From assembly GCF_018977255.1 (NCBI RefSeq), contig NW_024704743.1:34288001-34352000 (forward strand): a DNA stretch of 64,000 bases, in the 5' to 3' direction. Origin of the DNA: Callorhinchus milii. Lineage: Eukaryota. A program made the translations under genes and the position numbers. Below, one piece after another: positions 63,600 through 64,000 of the stretch. The first letter of the stretch is position 1. Every line of letters starts with the position of its first letter. Below the pieces are notes generated by a model, which saw only the letters and a list, made by a program, of their open reading frames with translations, was not told the origin of the DNA and searched no databases.

Positions 63600-64000
63600 T
63601 TTTTTTTTGTCAGCTGGGTGTCTGACACATGCAGAAACTCATCACCATGCTGAAGAGTATCTAAACCAAGCTTTAATTTCCATGCATCCCACCTACACAT
63701 AGAAATTCCAGAGATAGATTGATGGAATGTGTACTCTCTTTGCAAATCCTGCTTATCTAATTCCAGAAAGTATTAGGCACAAGTTGGCAAGAGCCAAGGC
63801 TCGAGGACCCCAGAGTGTTTGTTAGGGGACTGCTGGAATCTAACCAGCTAAAACGACATAGCTTGCCATTGGTATCACTGTTAGGCAAGCGTTCCTGCTG
63901 CTTGTCCAGCAAGGACCACCTTATCTGTTGGTGCTTCGGCTTGTAGAGTTAACAGGAGCTGAGTGGGATGATTCCCTGCCCCTAGTGATAGATCCTTCTA
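63600..64000 (-). mobile_element. Family C 3' portion with oligo-A tail, continues beyond the window
   Basis: The reverse complement ends GTGTCAGACACCCAGCTGAC-AAAAAAAAA; collinear with 26110-26632. Confidence 0.8.

Overview
Repeat-rich vertebrate genomic DNA. The repeat complement (L2 and CR1 LINE fragments, an abundant tRNA-Ala-headed SINE, Deu-type SINEs) most resembles a cartilaginous fish, possibly a chimaera; this is recognised from memory, not searched. I can support no host protein-coding exon. The only real protein homology is to fragments of LINE ORF2; the best is an L2 copy at ~27.4-29.3 kb with PQG and YADD motifs and two 1-nt frameshifts. The ~4.3-11.1 kb segment is CpG-rich and almost free of young insertions. 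It carries large alternating C/A- and G/T-rich low-complexity blocks, a CCAAT/TATA-like promoter and several minus-strand splice donors, and is best read as the multi-promoter 5' end of an unidentified minus-strand gene. The rest is upstream or intronic DNA with enhancer-like islands between retroposon debris. I found no convincing novel protein system. The most notable signals are: (i) a ~650-nt non-coding, A-tailed, LF-SINE-like repeat family with 7 copies, one of which kept its CpGs next to the CpG island; (ii) two cases of unique flanking DNA copied a few kb away into another repeat, with duplication of the target; (iii) two tail-to-tail inverted retroposon pairs; (iv) an L2 with the whole RT domain deleted. 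Repeat boundaries are by eye, roughly +/-10-20 nt.
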